A program made the translations under genes and the position numbers. The notes below the pieces were generated by a model that saw nothing but the letters and a program-made list of their open reading frames with translations, was not told where the DNA came from and made no database searches. Positions 62,608-64,000 of a stretch of 64,000 nt of DNA are shown here, piece after piece; positions within the stretch are counted from its first letter, which is position 1; the number at the start of each line of letters is the position of its first letter. The stretch comes from Proteromonas lacertae (lineage: Eukaryota), in NCBI GenBank assembly GCA_002245135.1, contig NGBS01000314.1, positions 62,001 through 126,000 on the forward strand, written 5' to 3'.

Positions 62608-64000
62608 TCAATTATCAACATCCAATGTTTTACTCCAGTTCAATAGTTTTACTTCATCATCTTTAGATTCTTCTACTGCTTCTATTGTGGAATTATCAAT
62701 TACATCTTTATGATAATCTGTTGATTTCCATTTTAATTTTCTAAGTGAATAAAGTAAATCATAATGTCTATCATATAATTTTAATAAACTATCCATCATT
62801 TTAAATTTAAAAGAGAAGTAAGAAACTGTATTTGCATATGAGATATAGTTGTCAAATGGATCTAAACTAATATCTATATCATTGTGAATAAAAAGATCAG
62901 AAAATTGATGAAACATAATTAAAAACGGATTGGATAGTTGATATGTTACAAATTTTCCTCTTATATCAAATGAACAGAATCTCAATTGATAAACTACTTT
63001 CCATGGATTGCAATATTGTAAATTATATAACAGAGATCGTCAGTATTGGCCTTAATTGTATCGACGTTACTTGTTGAGACCATGGACTTGCTTATAGCAC
63101 TTATCGATCTTGTTGGATATATCACTAGTGCAGAAGGACTTTGCCTTGGTATTGGTTTCATCGATAGTAGCTATCCTTTCTCCATTGAGGTTCTGAATAT
63201 CGCCTTCAATGTTATTCATCTGGTTCTTGAAGTCCTTGTTGTATCCATTGGTGATCTCAATCTCTTGAAGTAGCTCCTTGAACTTAATCATGTTGTTGTT
63301 GATTACGGTGTTGATTGTCTTGTAATCTTTGTAGTTGACTCTCATCTTATCAAGGACTCCGAGAGTTCCAATTAGTTGATTCTCTAGGTCGGTAAGTTTC
63401 ACTAGACTCTTATCATCGACAGTGGTAATGTACTTGAGCATGTCGTACATGTTGATCTCATCGATGTTGAGACTCCCGGCTATAGACGATAGCAAGGAGC
63501 TCAACTTAGCTAACTTCTCATCCGTGGATGCTTTCAATTGACTAACACTTTCATCGGTGGTATCAATGGAGCCTTTGACTTCTTCAATACTCTTACTCAT
63601 TACTGGGACTTGTTCTTCCAGGTACTGCTTTTACTGATTGCTAGTTCCCGAGATGCTCTTCAAGGATGATGTTACCGACTCTCCAAAGTCTTCTGGCATC
63701 TTACTATCGATAGACTTACTCAGCTCCTTGACTTCCTTCAGATCTCTATCCATCTCTTCCATGTTATCAACTTTACTTTGCACCTCCTTGAGTGTTGTCT
63801 GGATGCTTATACATGCTGGTTGCACCTTGTCTTCCAAGTAGTCCTGGATGTGCTGATGGTCTTGCTCTAGCTTAGGGATCTTCTTACTGACTTCTTCAGA
63901 GTGCTCATCCAGCTTTCTCTTGATTGATTCTATCGATGATGTTACTTCCTCCTGCTGAGTATCGTTGATACTTACTGGAGTACCTCTAATCACATCTTGA
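62608..64000 (-). pseudogene. Coiled-coil/helical-repeat protein gene, interrupted and partial (continues beyond the window)
   Basis: Heptad-like ORFs 63631..63993 and 63067..63600 are in one frame separated by a single TAA; further breaks near 63070-62990; markedly higher GC. Confidence 0.5.

Noticed and set aside
63631..63633. Alternative genetic code (TAA read as sense)
   Set aside because: TAA terminates many conserved genes at the expected positions (CDC20, YchF, pescadillo) and is absent inside long conserved ORFs

Overview
Very AT-rich eukaryotic (protist) genomic DNA with about 37 tiny spliceosomal introns, mostly 26-35 nt GT-AG with a mode near 30 nt. This resembles Blastocystis/Opalinata stramenopiles (organism assignment is inference). 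The window has three kinds of territory. (i) Nearly intronless clusters of surface-glycan genes: fucosyl-, galactosyl-, GT92 and GT77 transferases at 0.4-9 kb, DUF268 and FkbM methyltransferases at 16.7-18.6 kb, and two bacterial-type acyltransferase-3/SGNH genes at 58.5-62.5 kb. (ii) DNA-transposon nests at 9-16, 18.7-22.1 and 53-58 kb, including a young MULE with 709-bp TIRs, TGT..ACA foldback MITEs with 5-bp TSDs, hAT elements and a 56-bp Harbinger-like micro-element. (iii) A TE-free housekeeping block at 22-53 kb: pescadillo, Rab8-like, CCP5, kinases, CDC20, PMCA, YchF, CFAP47 and a kinesin. Highlights not visible in the ORF track are three U12-type introns that all appear to have AT-AA ends, an atypical two-component receiver domain fused to an AMPK/SNF1-like kinase, a kinesin with a NAC/HYPK-type UBA domain, and a TCAA(G/A)C motif shared by promoters and transposons. 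About 11 single-base indels, several in essential genes, point to assembly errors.
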